From positions 27,285 to 91,284 of the forward strand of contig CADAOA010000002.1 in the NCBI GenBank assembly GCA_902789435.1: DNA of 64,000 bases, read 5' to 3'. Below are positions 20,092 to 29,925 of this stretch, one piece after another (position 1 is the first letter of the stretch; every line of letters begins with the position of its first letter). Made by a program: the position numbers and the translations under genes. Source of the stretch: an uncultured Bacteroidia bacterium. Lineage in GTDB: Bacteria; Bacteroidota; Bacteroidia; Bacteroidales; UBA932. A model generated the notes under the pieces. That model saw only the letters and a list, made by a program, of their open reading frames with translations, made no database searches and had not been told where the DNA came from.

Positions 20092-20099
20092 TAAATTTG
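20092..20099 (+). promoter_or_regulatory. -7 box TAAATTTG upstream of eno
   Basis: Exact TAnnTTTG match 73 nt upstream of the eno ATG. No clean -33 element seen. Confidence 0.35.
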
Positions 20100-20160
20100 C
20101 GGCGGTTTCGGAGATTTTTTTTGTCCCCGCAATTGCGACAATTTGAAATAAACCATTTAA

Positions 20161-21480
<1,320 letters not shown>

Positions 21481-21505
21481 ATCTTCCTCAGCGATAGCTG
21501 TTGCT

Positions 21506-21546
21506 AAAAGATCAGCCGCGGGAAATCCTGCGGCTGATCTTTTTTA
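21506..21546. terminator. bidirectional rho-independent terminator between convergent eno and deaminase genes
   Basis: 11-bp stem agatcagccgc/gcggctgatct, flanked by aaaa on the left and ttttt on the right. Confidence 0.75.
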
Positions 21547-21560
21547 AGCGGAAACACAAA

Positions 21561-22028
21561 CTAATACTCAGTCTTGTCTTCCTTGTCCTGCCATTTCTTG
21601 AAAACCTCAAGGGCTTCTTTTCTCAGAAGCTTGACAGATTTCTTCTGCCGGTCTTCCGGCTTGAGTTCTATCTCCTGATAGATGAAGTCGTCGTCGAATC
21701 CGATCTTTGCAGCATCCTTGCGGTTGTTGGCATAGTAGATCTTGTCAAGATGAGCCCAGTAGATTGCTCCAAGGCACATAGGGCAAGGTTCGCAGGATGT
21801 GTAGATTTCACAGCCTGTCAGGTCAAAGGTTCCAAGTTTCTTTGTGGCGTTGCGGATGGCTGTGACTTCTGCATGAGCCGTAGGGTCGCAGTTGATGGTA
21901 ACGCTGTTGCTGCCTTCTGCAACTATTTCTCCATTACGGGCAATCACGGCGCCAAACGGTCCGCCGCCCTTCTCCACGCTTTCGTCCGAAAGCTGGATAG
22001 CTCTTCTCATCAAATCTTTCTTGTCCAT
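21561..22028 (-). CDS. CMP/dCMP-type zinc deaminase (guanine deaminase/nucleoside deaminase-like)
   Basis: HAEVTAI and PCPMCLGAI zinc-binding motifs. 155 aa. Confidence 0.8.
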   Translation of the reverse strand: MDKKDLMRRAIQLSDESVEKGGGPFGAVIARNGEIVAEGSNSVTINCDPTAHAEVTAIRNATKKLGTFDLTGCEIYTSCEPCPMCLGAIYWAHLDKIYYANNRKDAAKIGFDDDFIYQEIELKPEDRQKKSVKLLRKEALEVFKKWQDKEDKTEY

Positions 22029-22040
22029 AATTCAATAAAA

Positions 22041-23552
22041 TTAGATTTCCCAGGTAGTGGTGCCGTCTTTATTGTCCTTGAGCTGGATGCCGAGGGCTTT
22101 GAGAGTGTCTCTTATCTGGTCGCTCTTGCCCCAGTCCTTGGCAGCTCTGGCGGCTTTTCTATCCTCAATGATGTAGTTCATAAGGCCGTCAATAACTTTG
22201 GAAGAATTGGACTGGCCTTCTGCAGACTGCGAAGAGTCTTCATCGATGAGACCGAGAATGTCCGTTACTACTTCCTTGAACAGGCTGTTGATGGCATCCT
22301 TTTCCGGTTTTGCCACACTGATTCTGCCTTCCTTGATGTTGTTGACTGTTTTCACAAGCTCGTAGATGCCGGAAATTGCAACAGGAGTGTTCATATCGTC
22401 GCAAAGGGCGGTGAAAATGTCTTCCCTTATCTTCTTGATTTCCTCGGCGATACCTTCGCTTGACTTGTCGGATTCCTTGATTGACTCTGCATCCTTGACT
22501 GCCTGCATAAGTCGCTTGAGGCCTTTCTCGGCGGCCTGGAGAGCGGAGTTGGAGAAATCCAATGTTCCGCGATAATGGGCCTGGAGGATGAAGAAGCGGA
22601 CCGTCATAGGAGTGTAGGCCTGCTCAAGGTTAGGGTTGTTGCCGGTGAAAAGCTCGTCCAGGGTGATGAAATTTCCAAGAGACTTGCCCATCTTCCTTCC
22701 CTCGATGGTAATCAGGTTGTTGTGCATCCAGTACCTTACTCCGCCGGTTCCCCTTTCGGCAAAGTTCTGGGCCATTTCGCACTCGTGGTGAGGGAACATA
22801 AGGTCCATTCCGCCGCCGTGGATATCGAACTCCTTGCCAAGGTACTTTTCTCCCATCGCGGAGCACTCCATGTGCCAGCCAGGGAAACCGTCTCCCCAAG
22901 GAGAAGGCCAGCGCATTATATGCTCAGGACTGGCTTTTTTCCAGAGAGCGAAGTCGGCTGAAGAATGCTTGTCCTGCTGGCCGTCAAGTTCTCTTGTGTT
23001 GTGCAGCATCTCGTCCAGATTACGGCCGCTGAGAGCTCCGTAATTGTACTTCTGGGCATATTTCTGCACATCGAAATAAACTGAACCGTTGCTGATGTAG
23101 GCATAGCCGTTGTCCAGTATCTTCTTGATAAACTCTATCTGCTCTATGATGTGTCCGGAAGCGTTAGGCTCGATGCTTGGCGGAAGCACGTTCAGCTTTG
23201 CCATAGCCTGGCGGAAATGCACTGTATAGGTCTGTGCAACTTCCATAGGCTCAAGCTGTTCCAGACGGGCCCTCTTTGCTATCTTGTCCTCTCCTTCGTC
23301 TGCGTCGTGCTCCAGATGGCCCACGTCCGTAATGTTGCGCACATAGCGGACCTTGTAGCCTATGTTCCTCAGCAGACGCACCAGAACATCAAAGGTTACG
23401 CCCGGTCTGGCGTGCCCCAGATGAGGGTCTCCGTAAACCGTAGGACCGCAGACATACAGGCCCACTCTTCCTGGAGTTATGGTCTGAAGTTTTTCCTTCC
23501 TTCTGGAAAGTGTATTGTAGAGATAGAATTCCCTTTTGATCTCTTCGCTCAT
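22041..23552 (-). CDS. cysS: cysteine--tRNA ligase
   Basis: HLGHAR (HIGH) and KMGKSLGN (KMSKS) motifs. [11 protein letters not shown]-terminus. Confidence 0.95.
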   Translation of the reverse strand: MSEEIKREFYLYNTLSRRKEKLQTITPGRVGLYVCGPTVYGDPHLGHARPGVTFDVLVRLLRNIGYKVRYVRNITDVGHLEHDADEGEDKIAKRARLEQLEPMEVAQTYTVHFRQAMAKLNVLPPSIEPNASGHIIEQIEFIKKILDNGYAYISNGSVYFDVQKYAQKYNYGALSGRNLDEMLHNTRELDGQQDKHSSADFALWKKASPEHIMRWPSPWGDGFPGWHMECSAMGEKYLGKEFDIHGGGMDLMFPHHECEMAQNFAERGTGGVRYWMHNNLITIEGRKMGKSLGNFITLDELFTGNNPNLEQAYTPMTVRFFILQAHYRGTLDFSNSALQAAEKGLKRLMQAVKDAESIKESDKSSEGIAEEIKKIREDIFTALCDDMNTPVAISGIYELVKTVNNIKEGRISVAKPEKDAINSLFKEVVTDILGLIDEDSSQSAEGQSNSSKVIDGLMNYIIEDRKAARAAKDWGKSDQIRDTLKALGIQLKDNKDGTTTWEI

Positions 23553-23556
23553 AAAA

Positions 23557-23586
23557 CATCCGGCGGCTTGCTTGGACCGCCGGATG
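23557..23586 (-). terminator. terminator-like hairpin filling the ssb-cysS intergenic gap
   Basis: 10-bp stem catccggcgg/ccgccggatg with a 10-nt loop. On the minus strand it is followed by UUUU and then directly by the cysS AUG. It starts 5 nt after the ssb stop. Confidence 0.4.
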
Positions 23587-23591
23587 CAAAG

Positions 23592-23927
23592 TTAAACATT
23601 TTCCGGCAGAGACATTTTCAATGCCACAATTTCGCTGGAATATCTTTCCTGCCCGTCTTTGGACGTGTAGGTGTAATACCTGATCTTTCCTGTCAGTTCC
23701 ACAAAATCTCCTTTACGGATCCTGCTGAAATCAGGCATGCCCTTGCTCGACCATGCTGCCACATTGTGCCAGGTTGTCTCTTCTTTGTACTGACCGTCCC
23801 GTCCTTTAAAAACTTCATGTGTTGCCAGGGAGAAACGGATCAGACTCACTCCTCCCTCCATTTCGGTCACTTTGGGGTCAGCTCCCACGTTTCCCCTCAG
23901 TTCCACTTTGTTCAATGTTTTCTCCAT
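23592..23927 (-). CDS. ssb: short single-stranded DNA-binding (OB-fold) protein without acidic C-terminal tip
   Basis: NKVELRGNVGADPKV...TTWHNVAAW pattern of SSB OB folds. 111 aa, ends ...SLPENV. Confidence 0.75.
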   Translation of the reverse strand: MEKTLNKVELRGNVGADPKVTEMEGGVSLIRFSLATHEVFKGRDGQYKEETTWHNVAAWSSKGMPDFSRIRKGDFVELTGKIRYYTYTSKDGQERYSSEIVALKMSLPENV

Positions 23928-24138
23928 AAATCACATAAATGAAATACGGTACAAATAAAACTCAAGGCTTGAAACTCAAACGAATTTTATCCGCTTATAA
24001 ACGATTATAAACGTTTCATTTACAATCTCGGAATTCTTGTGCTTTTCCTGTAATCATATACCGTCTTCAATTATTTGGAATCAGCAGAAAATCAGAATGA
24101 AATTATATCCTGCGGTAACATCGGGAGTATTGGTTGAC

Positions 24139-24146
24139 TATTTTTG
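24139..24146 (+). promoter_or_regulatory. -7 box TATTTTTG upstream of the zinc-ribbon gene
   Basis: Exact TAnnTTTG match 34 nt upstream of ATG 24181. It lies inside the track ORF extension. Confidence 0.4.
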
Positions 24147-24180
24147 GTTCATCGATGAAAGCGGAAAGAAGGGACTAGAA

Positions 24181-24444
24181 ATGACTCTAAGGAAATGTCC
24201 GGTATGCGGGAAGAATGTTAACGGACGGAGCGACAAGAAATTCTGCAGCGATGAATGCCGCATATTCTACAACAATGCGCTGGGAAGAAGACGCAGAGCC
24301 AGGAACCACAAGCAACTCAAATCTATCCGTTCCAACATTATGGAGCTGGAAAGAGTTGATGCTAAGGTTTCTCTGAGAATACTGTCGTGGATAAGCAAAG
24401 TATTCAAAATTATGAGTACCTTCGCTAAAGATAGATACTCTTAA
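24181..24444 (+). CDS. small zinc-ribbon protein (87 aa), function unknown
   Basis: CPVCGK...FCSDEC Cys4 arrangement followed by a basic stretch. Start chosen downstream of the promoter box. Confidence 0.55.
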   Translation: MTLRKCPVCGKNVNGRSDKKFCSDECRIFYNNALGRRRRARNHKQLKSIRSNIMELERVDAKVSLRILSWISKVFKIMSTFAKDRYS

Positions 24445-24459
24445 ATCAGACTCGACAGC

Positions 24460-26517
24460 ATGAGAAATAATCCGCTTCTTCATCCTTCCTCTTTAAGGTA
24501 CGGAGCTCCGCTTTTTGACAAAATCAGGGAAGACGACTACCTGCCGGCATTCAGGAAAGCCATTGAGCAGGCATATAAAGATGTTGACGCCATAACCTCC
24601 AATCCCGAGCCGCCAACCTTTGAAAACACCATAGAGGCCCTGGAGTTCTCTGGAAAACTTCTGGACGAGGTCAGCGGCATTTTCTTCAATCTCAACGAGT
24701 GCCTTTCTTCAGACAAGATGCAAGGCATCGCCGAGGAAATTTCTCCCGAACTGACCAGGCTGTCTTTATATACTCTGTTCAACGACAAGCTTTTCCAGAG
24801 AATCAAGACTGTATATGAGCAGAGGAATAAACTCCATCTGGATAAGGAGCAGGCAAGACTCCTGGAAAAGAGGTTCAGGGCTTTCAAGGAAAACGGAGCC
24901 CTGCTGAACGAGGAGGGCAAGAAGCATCTGGCAAAAAATTCTGAAGAAGCCAGTCTTCTTACTCTCAAGTTCGGCAAGAACGTGCTGGACGCTACCAACG
25001 ATTTCATCCTTAACCTGACAGACAAGGAGGATGTGGTTGAACTCCCTGACTATGTGCTTGAAGCAGCGGAAGAAGAGGCGAAGAACAGGAAGCTCAATGG
25101 TTGGGTTTTCACCCTCCAGGCCCCGAGCTATTCCGGGTTCATGAAATTCTCTCCGAAAAGGGACCTGAGAAAGAAAATGTACCTGGCCTACGGCTCCAGA
25201 TGCCTAGGCGGAAAATATGACAACACGGCTATCATAAAAAGGATTCTGGAACTCCGTATGGATTCTTCCAACCTTCTGGGATTCAAGACTCCCGCCCAGG
25301 GAGCCCTGAAATACAGGATGGCCAAGAACCCTAAGACCGTGAATTCTTTTCTCAAAGACCTCCTGGACAAGACTCTCCCTTATGCAAAGCAGGACGTGAA
25401 GCGGATTGAGGATTTTGCCAGAAAGCACGGTTTCAAGGACAAGCTCCAGGGCTGGGATTTCGGCTACTGGAGCGAAAAACTCAGAAAGAGCCGCTACAGC
25501 CTCAGCGACGACCAGGTAAAGCCTTTCTTCCGTCTGGAAAATGTTCAGCGGAGCCTTTTCGACCTTGCCCGCAAACTCTACGGTATCAGGTTCGTTGAAG
25601 CCAAGGATATTCCCGTCTATCACAAGGACGTGAAGGTTTACGACGTGCTGGATAAAGACGGAACCCATCTTGCCCTTTTCTACAGCGATTTCTATCCGAG
25701 AAAAAGCAAGAGGGGCGGCGCCTGGATGACATCCTTCCGCGACAGTGGCGGCATACCTGAACAGAGGCCGCTGATTTCCATCGTGTGCAACTTCACAAAG
25801 CCGACTCCTACCAAGCCTTCTCTTCTGACTTTCGGGGAAGTGACCACCATTCTCCACGAGTTCGGCCACGCCCTCCACGGCATACTGGGCAAGGGGAAAT
25901 ACCCTTCCCTGACCGGCACTTCCGTAACCAGGGACTTTGTGGAACTTCCTTCCCAGATTATGGAAAACTGGGCTGTGGAAGAAGAGTTCCTGAAGATGGC
26001 CGGAAGGCATTACAAGACCGGTAAAGTCATCGGCAAAGACCTGATATCCAAAATCAAGCGTGCCAGAAACTACAATAGCGGCTACGCCTTTGTCCGTCAA
26101 CTTGCCTTCGGCATCACCGATATGGCCCTGCATACTATGCCAAAGGAAAAAATCGCAGAGATAAACACTCCGGAAGACCTGGAGAACCTGGAAAACCGCC
26201 TCAAGAAAAAGTGCCATCTGATGCCTTCGGTAAAAGGTTGCGCCTTCTGCCCTAGCTTCACCCACATCTTCTCCGGCGGATACGCTGCCGGCTACTACTC
26301 CTACAAATGGGCCGAAGTGCTTGAGGCTGACGCTTTCTCCCTGTTCAAGAAAAACGGCATCTTTGACAAAAAGACCGCCAGGAGTTTCAGGGAAAACATC
26401 CTGGAAAAAGGCAATCTGGAAGACGCCGCTGTCCTCTACCGCAACTTCCGCGGACGGGATCCAAGACCGGAGGCTCTGCTCAAGAGGGACGGACTTACCC
26501 GGCCTTTACGCAAATGA
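24460..26517 (+). CDS. dcp: M3 family metallopeptidase (peptidyl-dipeptidase Dcp / oligopeptidase A-like)
   Basis: HEFGHALH zinc motif and surrounding M3 pattern (GGAWM, FSGGYAAGYYSY). Confidence 0.85.
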   Translation: MRNNPLLHPSSLRYGAPLFDKIREDDYLPAFRKAIEQAYKDVDAITSNPEPPTFENTIEALEFSGKLLDEVSGIFFNLNECLSSDKMQGIAEEISPELTRLSLYTLFNDKLFQRIKTVYEQRNKLHLDKEQARLLEKRFRAFKENGALLNEEGKKHLAKNSEEASLLTLKFGKNVLDATNDFILNLTDKEDVVELPDYVLEAAEEEAKNRKLNGWVFTLQAPSYSGFMKFSPKRDLRKKMYLAYGSRCLGGKYDNTAIIKRILELRMDSSNLLGFKTPAQGALKYRMAKNPKTVNSFLKDLLDKTLPYAKQDVKRIEDFARKHGFKDKLQGWDFGYWSEKLRKSRYSLSDDQVKPFFRLENVQRSLFDLARKLYGIRFVEAKDIPVYHKDVKVYDVLDKDGTHLALFYSDFYPRKSKRGGAWMTSFRDSGGIPEQRPLISIVCNFTKPTPTKPSLLTFGEVTTILHEFGHALHGILGKGKYPSLTGTSVTRDFVELPSQIMENWAVEEEFLKMAGRHYKTGKVIGKDLISKIKRARNYNSGYAFVRQLAFGITDMALHTMPKEKIAEINTPEDLENLENRLKKKCHLMPSVKGCAFCPSFTHIFSGGYAAGYYSYKWAEVLEADAFSLFKKNGIFDKKTARSFRENILEKGNLEDAAVLYRNFRGRDPRPEALLKRDGLTRPLRK

Positions 26518-27832
26518 CATCGGCAAGACACGTGGTGTAATTGGGAGAGAGCCTTTCCCTTTTCATCTCCCATTTTTCTTTCCGCTCGGCGATGCCCCCG
26601 CTCGCCTTCCTGTTGAATATGGCGGATTCTCCCTGCACGGCAAGGTGCAGAGAGCTTCTTCCATATCTGCGGTTGACTTCGTCCATAAGCAGGTCCACCT
26701 TGCGGTTGCGCTCATAATCAGGCTGGTAATAGAGATTCTGCTGTATGTGGCCGTTGGGCACAATCCCGCTTACCGTAACCCCCGCTTTCTTGTATGCTAT
26801 GCCGGGCAGATATATCTGGTCCAGGGCCTTCAGGCATCCTTCCACCAGGCCGATTGAACTGTCTTCCGCTTCCGGAAACTCCACTACGGCCTGCGGATAA
26901 TACTGCGGCAGATCCTCCCTGAAAAAACTTGTCATCAGGAACACTGTGGCATAGACTGCCGAGCTGTTCTGGGCCCTGAGCTTCTGGGCGCAGGAAGACG
27001 CGAAGTTGGACACCGCGCACCTTAACTGTGTAAGGTCATACACCAGCTCCCCGAAGCTGCGGCTGGTAGTGATGGTCTGCTTGAGCTGTTTGTGATCCAA
27101 GCGGATTACATCTAAGCCCATAAGCTCTTCGTATGTCCTTAGGCCGCACACGCCCATATTCTTCTTTACCCAGTACGGCCCTTTAGCCACAAAGTCCGCC
27201 GCCGTCAGAATTCCCATCGCCGAGAACTTTCGGACAGACCTGTAGCCTATCCCCCACACATCTTCCACCGGTAGCAGGGAGAGCGCCTTCCGCCTCTGCT
27301 CTTCAGAGCCTATAAGGCAGAATCCCCCGTATCCCCTGAACTTCTTTGCAAACCTGGTAGCTGCCTTTGCAAGTGTCTTTGAATGAGCGCATCCCACAGA
27401 TACCGGAATGCCCGTTCCCTTGCTCACCCTGGCAACAATCTCCCTCCCGAGAGCGACAACTTCTTCCGCCGCCATTGAACCGAAATCCACAAACGCCTCG
27501 TCTATGGAATATACATCCACATTCCCAACAATATCCTTGAGAATCTTCATCGCCCGGCGGCTCATGTCTCCGTAAAGCGTGTAGTTGGAAGAGCACATCG
27601 CCACATCCACGCCCTTGCTCAAAAACTCCTCCCTGATCTTGAATGCCGGCATTCCCATCTTCACGCCGATAGCCTTCGCCTCTGCGCTTCTGGACACGGC
27701 GCACCCGTCGTTGTTGGAAAGCACCACCACCGGCCTTCCCTCCAATGACGGATTGAACACCCTCTCGCACGAAACGAAGAAGTTGTTGCAGTCCATAACT
27801 CCAAGAAACTTCCCGCTATTTTCCGCGCACAT
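26495..27832 (-). CDS. umuC: Y-family DNA polymerase, UmuC-like (Pol V catalytic subunit)
   Basis: MDCNNFFVSCERVFNPSLEGRPVVVLSNNDGC N-terminus. Follows umuD with overlap. Confidence 0.9.
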   Translation of the reverse strand: MCAENSGKFLGVMDCNNFFVSCERVFNPSLEGRPVVVLSNNDGCAVSRSAEAKAIGVKMGMPAFKIREEFLSKGVDVAMCSSNYTLYGDMSRRAMKILKDIVGNVDVYSIDEAFVDFGSMAAEEVVALGREIVARVSKGTGIPVSVGCAHSKTLAKAATRFAKKFRGYGGFCLIGSEEQRRKALSLLPVEDVWGIGYRSVRKFSAMGILTAADFVAKGPYWVKKNMGVCGLRTYEELMGLDVIRLDHKQLKQTITTSRSFGELVYDLTQLRCAVSNFASSCAQKLRAQNSSAVYATVFLMTSFFREDLPQYYPQAVVEFPEAEDSSIGLVEGCLKALDQIYLPGIAYKKAGVTVSGIVPNGHIQQNLYYQPDYERNRKVDLLMDEVNRRYGRSSLHLAVQGESAIFNRKASGGIAERKEKWEMKRERLSPNYTTCLADVICVKAG

Positions 27833-28229
27833 CTTTTATAGAATAAGTTACAACGCCCCACACCATAAAGTTCTGGTCCGGAGTAACTTTTATTCTCCTG
27901 TACTTGGGATTTTCCGGCACCAGCCAGACAAAGTCATTTTCAATATGAATCCTCTTCAGCGTAAATTCCCCGTCTACAAAGCACACCGCAATATCTCCCT
28001 CCGAAGCGGAAATGCTCTTGTCTATCACAATCAGGTCTCCGTCCTCTATCCCGGCCCCGGCCATTGAATCTCCACTCACTCGGCCAAAGAAAGTGGAAGA
28101 AGGATTCTTCACCAGTTCCTTGTTCAAATCTATCCCGCTCTCCAGATAATCCTGCGCCGGAGACGGAAATCCCGCCCTTATTCCCCCGTCCGCAACCGGC
28201 AGCACCAGAGAAACATTGCTACCTGTCAT
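27816..28229 (-). CDS. umuD: S24 LexA/UmuD-family self-cleaving peptidase (UmuD-like)
   Basis: GDSMAGAGIEDGDLIVIDKS (Ser nucleophile) and downstream Lys region (TLKR). 137 aa with no HTH domain. Confidence 0.85.
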   Translation of the reverse strand: MTGSNVSLVLPVADGGIRAGFPSPAQDYLESGIDLNKELVKNPSSTFFGRVSGDSMAGAGIEDGDLIVIDKSISASEGDIAVCFVDGEFTLKRIHIENDFVWLVPENPKYRRIKVTPDQNFMVWGVVTYSIKDVRGK

Positions 28230-28388
28230 CCCTGATGATGGAAATGTTCACTTCATTGCTGTCTCCGATAGTCTCCTCTATGAAGGTTGCTATCTCGCTG
28301 TTGAAAAGAATGTTGTAGCTGTTCATATCCTTATGTTTTTATTTGTTTGCTCTTATATACTCAGCGTCTGCTGTTTTATTTCACGATG

Positions 28389-28423
28389 CAAAGGTATTGC
28401 CGTGTTTTGACAGGTTGTGTCAA
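28389..28423 (-). promoter_or_regulatory. promoter (-7 TACCTTTG) with upstream palindrome TTGACA-N5-TGTCAA for the umuDC transcript
   Basis: Minus strand reads TTGACAcaaccTGTCAAaacacggcaaTACCTTTG. The palindrome at 28407-28423 overlaps the -33 region. Confidence 0.4.
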
Positions 28424-28476
28424 TGAATAAATTATTTGAAAATTCTTATCTTGCATATTGAAAAAACAGTAATCTG

Positions 28477-29208
28477 ATGAAGAATTTTGCAATAATGCTG
28501 GCGCTGCTGCTGGCAACCGTATCGGTTTCTGCCCAGAACACCAAGAAACAGGACTGGGCGCAGTTCTATGTATTCCAGAAAGACAATGCAAGAATCGCTG
28601 AGATGATTAAAGACACGCCTAAAGGAAAATGCCCGAAATGCGAGTGGAAACTCCGCAAGATCAAGGCAGTGCTTATGGGAGACTCCATAACCGAACTGTG
28701 GTGGGACCTGGATTCCACTTTCTTCCGCGACAACAACTTTGTGGGAAGAGGAATCTCCGGCCAGACCACTAGCGAGATGCTGGTCCGCTTCAGAACAGAC
28801 GTGCTGGACCTGAACCCTCAGTACGTGTTCATAATGGCAGGCACCAACGATGTGGCTGAAAACAACGGAAAGATAACCCTGGAGAACATACTTGGCAACC
28901 TCAAGTCTATGGTGGAACTTGCCAAGGCCCATAACATCAGGCCGATACTCTGCTCCGTTCCGCCTGCAGCGGGATTTGTCTGGAGGAAAGACCTTTCCCC
29001 GGCCAAGGACATAATCAAGCTGAACAAGATGATAAAGGAATATGCAGACAGTATAAATATTCCATACATAGACTATCACTCTCTGCTTACCGATGAAAAC
29101 GGAGGCCTTCCGAAGAAATACGCCAAGGACGGAGTGCATCCGGTTCTGGCCGGTTACAAGCTTATGGAAGGATTATTGCTAGATGAATTCAAGAAAATAG
29201 ACAAATAA
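28477..29208 (+). CDS. SGNH/GDSL family hydrolase, secreted
   Basis: Signal peptide, GDSITE block I, GTND block, DGVHP block V. Confidence 0.85.
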   Translation: MKNFAIMLALLLATVSVSAQNTKKQDWAQFYVFQKDNARIAEMIKDTPKGKCPKCEWKLRKIKAVLMGDSITELWWDLDSTFFRDNNFVGRGISGQTTSEMLVRFRTDVLDLNPQYVFIMAGTNDVAENNGKITLENILGNLKSMVELAKAHNIRPILCSVPPAAGFVWRKDLSPAKDIIKLNKMIKEYADSINIPYIDYHSLLTDENGGLPKKYAKDGVHPVLAGYKLMEGLLLDEFKKIDK

Positions 29209-29220
29209 AACCTTACGGCT

Positions 29221-29640
29221 ATGAAAAAGATCTTTGCATTACTGGCCTCAGCGATAATACTGCTGGCACTGCCGTCAAAGGCAGACTCGCAGACCCTTCG
29301 CGACAAGTACGGAGCTCAGATCGGCACCATCCAGAGCGACGGCACTATTCGCGACAAGTATGGCGCGCAGGTCGGAAAGATTGACCGCGACAATTATGTC
29401 CGCGACAAATATGGCTCACAGATCGGGAAGATAGACTCCGACGGCACCATCAGGGACAAATACGGCTCCCAGGTGGGAAAGGTCAATTCCGACGGGGTTG
29501 TACGAGACAAATACGGCTCTCAGATAGGCAAAGTAGACAATGACGGCACCATCAGGGACAAGTACGGAGCTTCCATCGGCAGCGCCCGCGGAGTTCCTAA
29601 GACCTGGGCCGGCCTCTACTTCTTCTTCAGCCTCAACTGA
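29221..29640 (+). CDS. secreted protein made almost entirely of 17-aa RDKYG(A/S)Q(I/V)GK(I/V)DxDGT(I/V) repeats
   Basis: Signal peptide, then Arg at aa 27, 44, 61, 78, 95 and 112 each opening a repeat. Hydrophobic aromatic C-terminus TWAGLYFFFSLN. Confidence 0.7.
   Translation: MKKIFALLASAIILLALPSKADSQTLRDKYGAQIGTIQSDGTIRDKYGAQVGKIDRDNYVRDKYGSQIGKIDSDGTIRDKYGSQVGKVNSDGVVRDKYGSQIGKVDNDGTIRDKYGASIGSARGVPKTWAGLYFFFSLN
29299..29580 (+). repeat. 5.5 tandem copies of a 51-nt coding repeat
   Basis: Period of exactly 17 codons, read from the translation. Copies diverge at synonymous and a few replacement sites. Confidence 0.85.
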
Positions 29641-29655
29641 CATCTACAAAAAAAA

Positions 29656-29685
29656 AGCGACAGGAAAAATCCTGTCGCTTATTTT
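29656..29685. terminator. bidirectional terminator between the repeat-protein gene and the tRNA pair
   Basis: Stem agcgacagg/cctgtcgct with loop aaaaat, an A-run on the left and ttatttt on the right. Confidence 0.7.
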
Positions 29686-29686
29686 G

Positions 29687-29760
29687 TAGCGCGGGGCGGG
29701 ATTGAACCGCCGACCTCATGATTATGAATCATGCGCTCTAACCAGCTGAGCTACCGCGCC
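29687..29760 (-). tRNA. tRNA with CAT anticodon (elongator Met, or Ile2 if lysidine-modified)
   Basis: Hand-folded. Acceptor GGCGCGG/CCGCGCU (G1-U72 wobble), D-arm GCUCAGCUGGUUAGAGC, anticodon stem CAUGA/UCAUG with loop UUCAUAA, T-arm GGCGG-UUCAAUC-CCGCC. No encoded CCA. Confidence 0.85.
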
Positions 29761-29798
29761 ATCACTGTGCCCAGCAGCTGGCTGGACTTTCAGATTTG

Positions 29799-29869
29799 TT
29801 GAGATACCCGGATTCGAACCAGGACTAAGAGGACCAGAATCTCTTGTGCTGCCATTACACCATATCTCA
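29799..29869 (-). tRNA. tRNA-Gln (CTG anticodon)
   Basis: Hand-folded. Acceptor UGAGAUA/UAUCUCA, D-loop GGUGUAAUGGC, anticodon loop UUCUGGU, T-arm CCUGG-UUCGAAU-CCGGG. No encoded CCA. Confidence 0.85.
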
Positions 29870-29894
29870 ATACTCCCCACTGGTTTTGGGGTTG

Positions 29895-29925
29895 CAAAAG
29901 TAAGCAAATTTCTCTTATTCACAAA
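29895..29925 (-). promoter_or_regulatory. consensus Bacteroidota promoter for the tRNA pair
   Basis: Minus strand reads TTTG (29922-29925) - 19 nt - TACTTTTG (29895-29902), ~25 nt upstream of the tRNA-Gln 5' end. The -33 element lies inside the ispF 3' end. Confidence 0.55.

Noticed and set aside
21501-22463. 320-aa plus-strand ORF overlapping the deaminase and cysS genes
   Set aside because: It is antisense to two genes with clear motifs. Its translation is low-complexity (L/F/V/R-rich) with no recognisable domain. This is the typical shadow ORF opposite strongly codon-biased genes.
25204-26265. 353-aa minus-strand ORF inside the M3 peptidase gene
   Set aside because: It lies entirely antisense to a gene with a HEFGH zinc motif and full-length M3 similarity. 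No motifs of its own.
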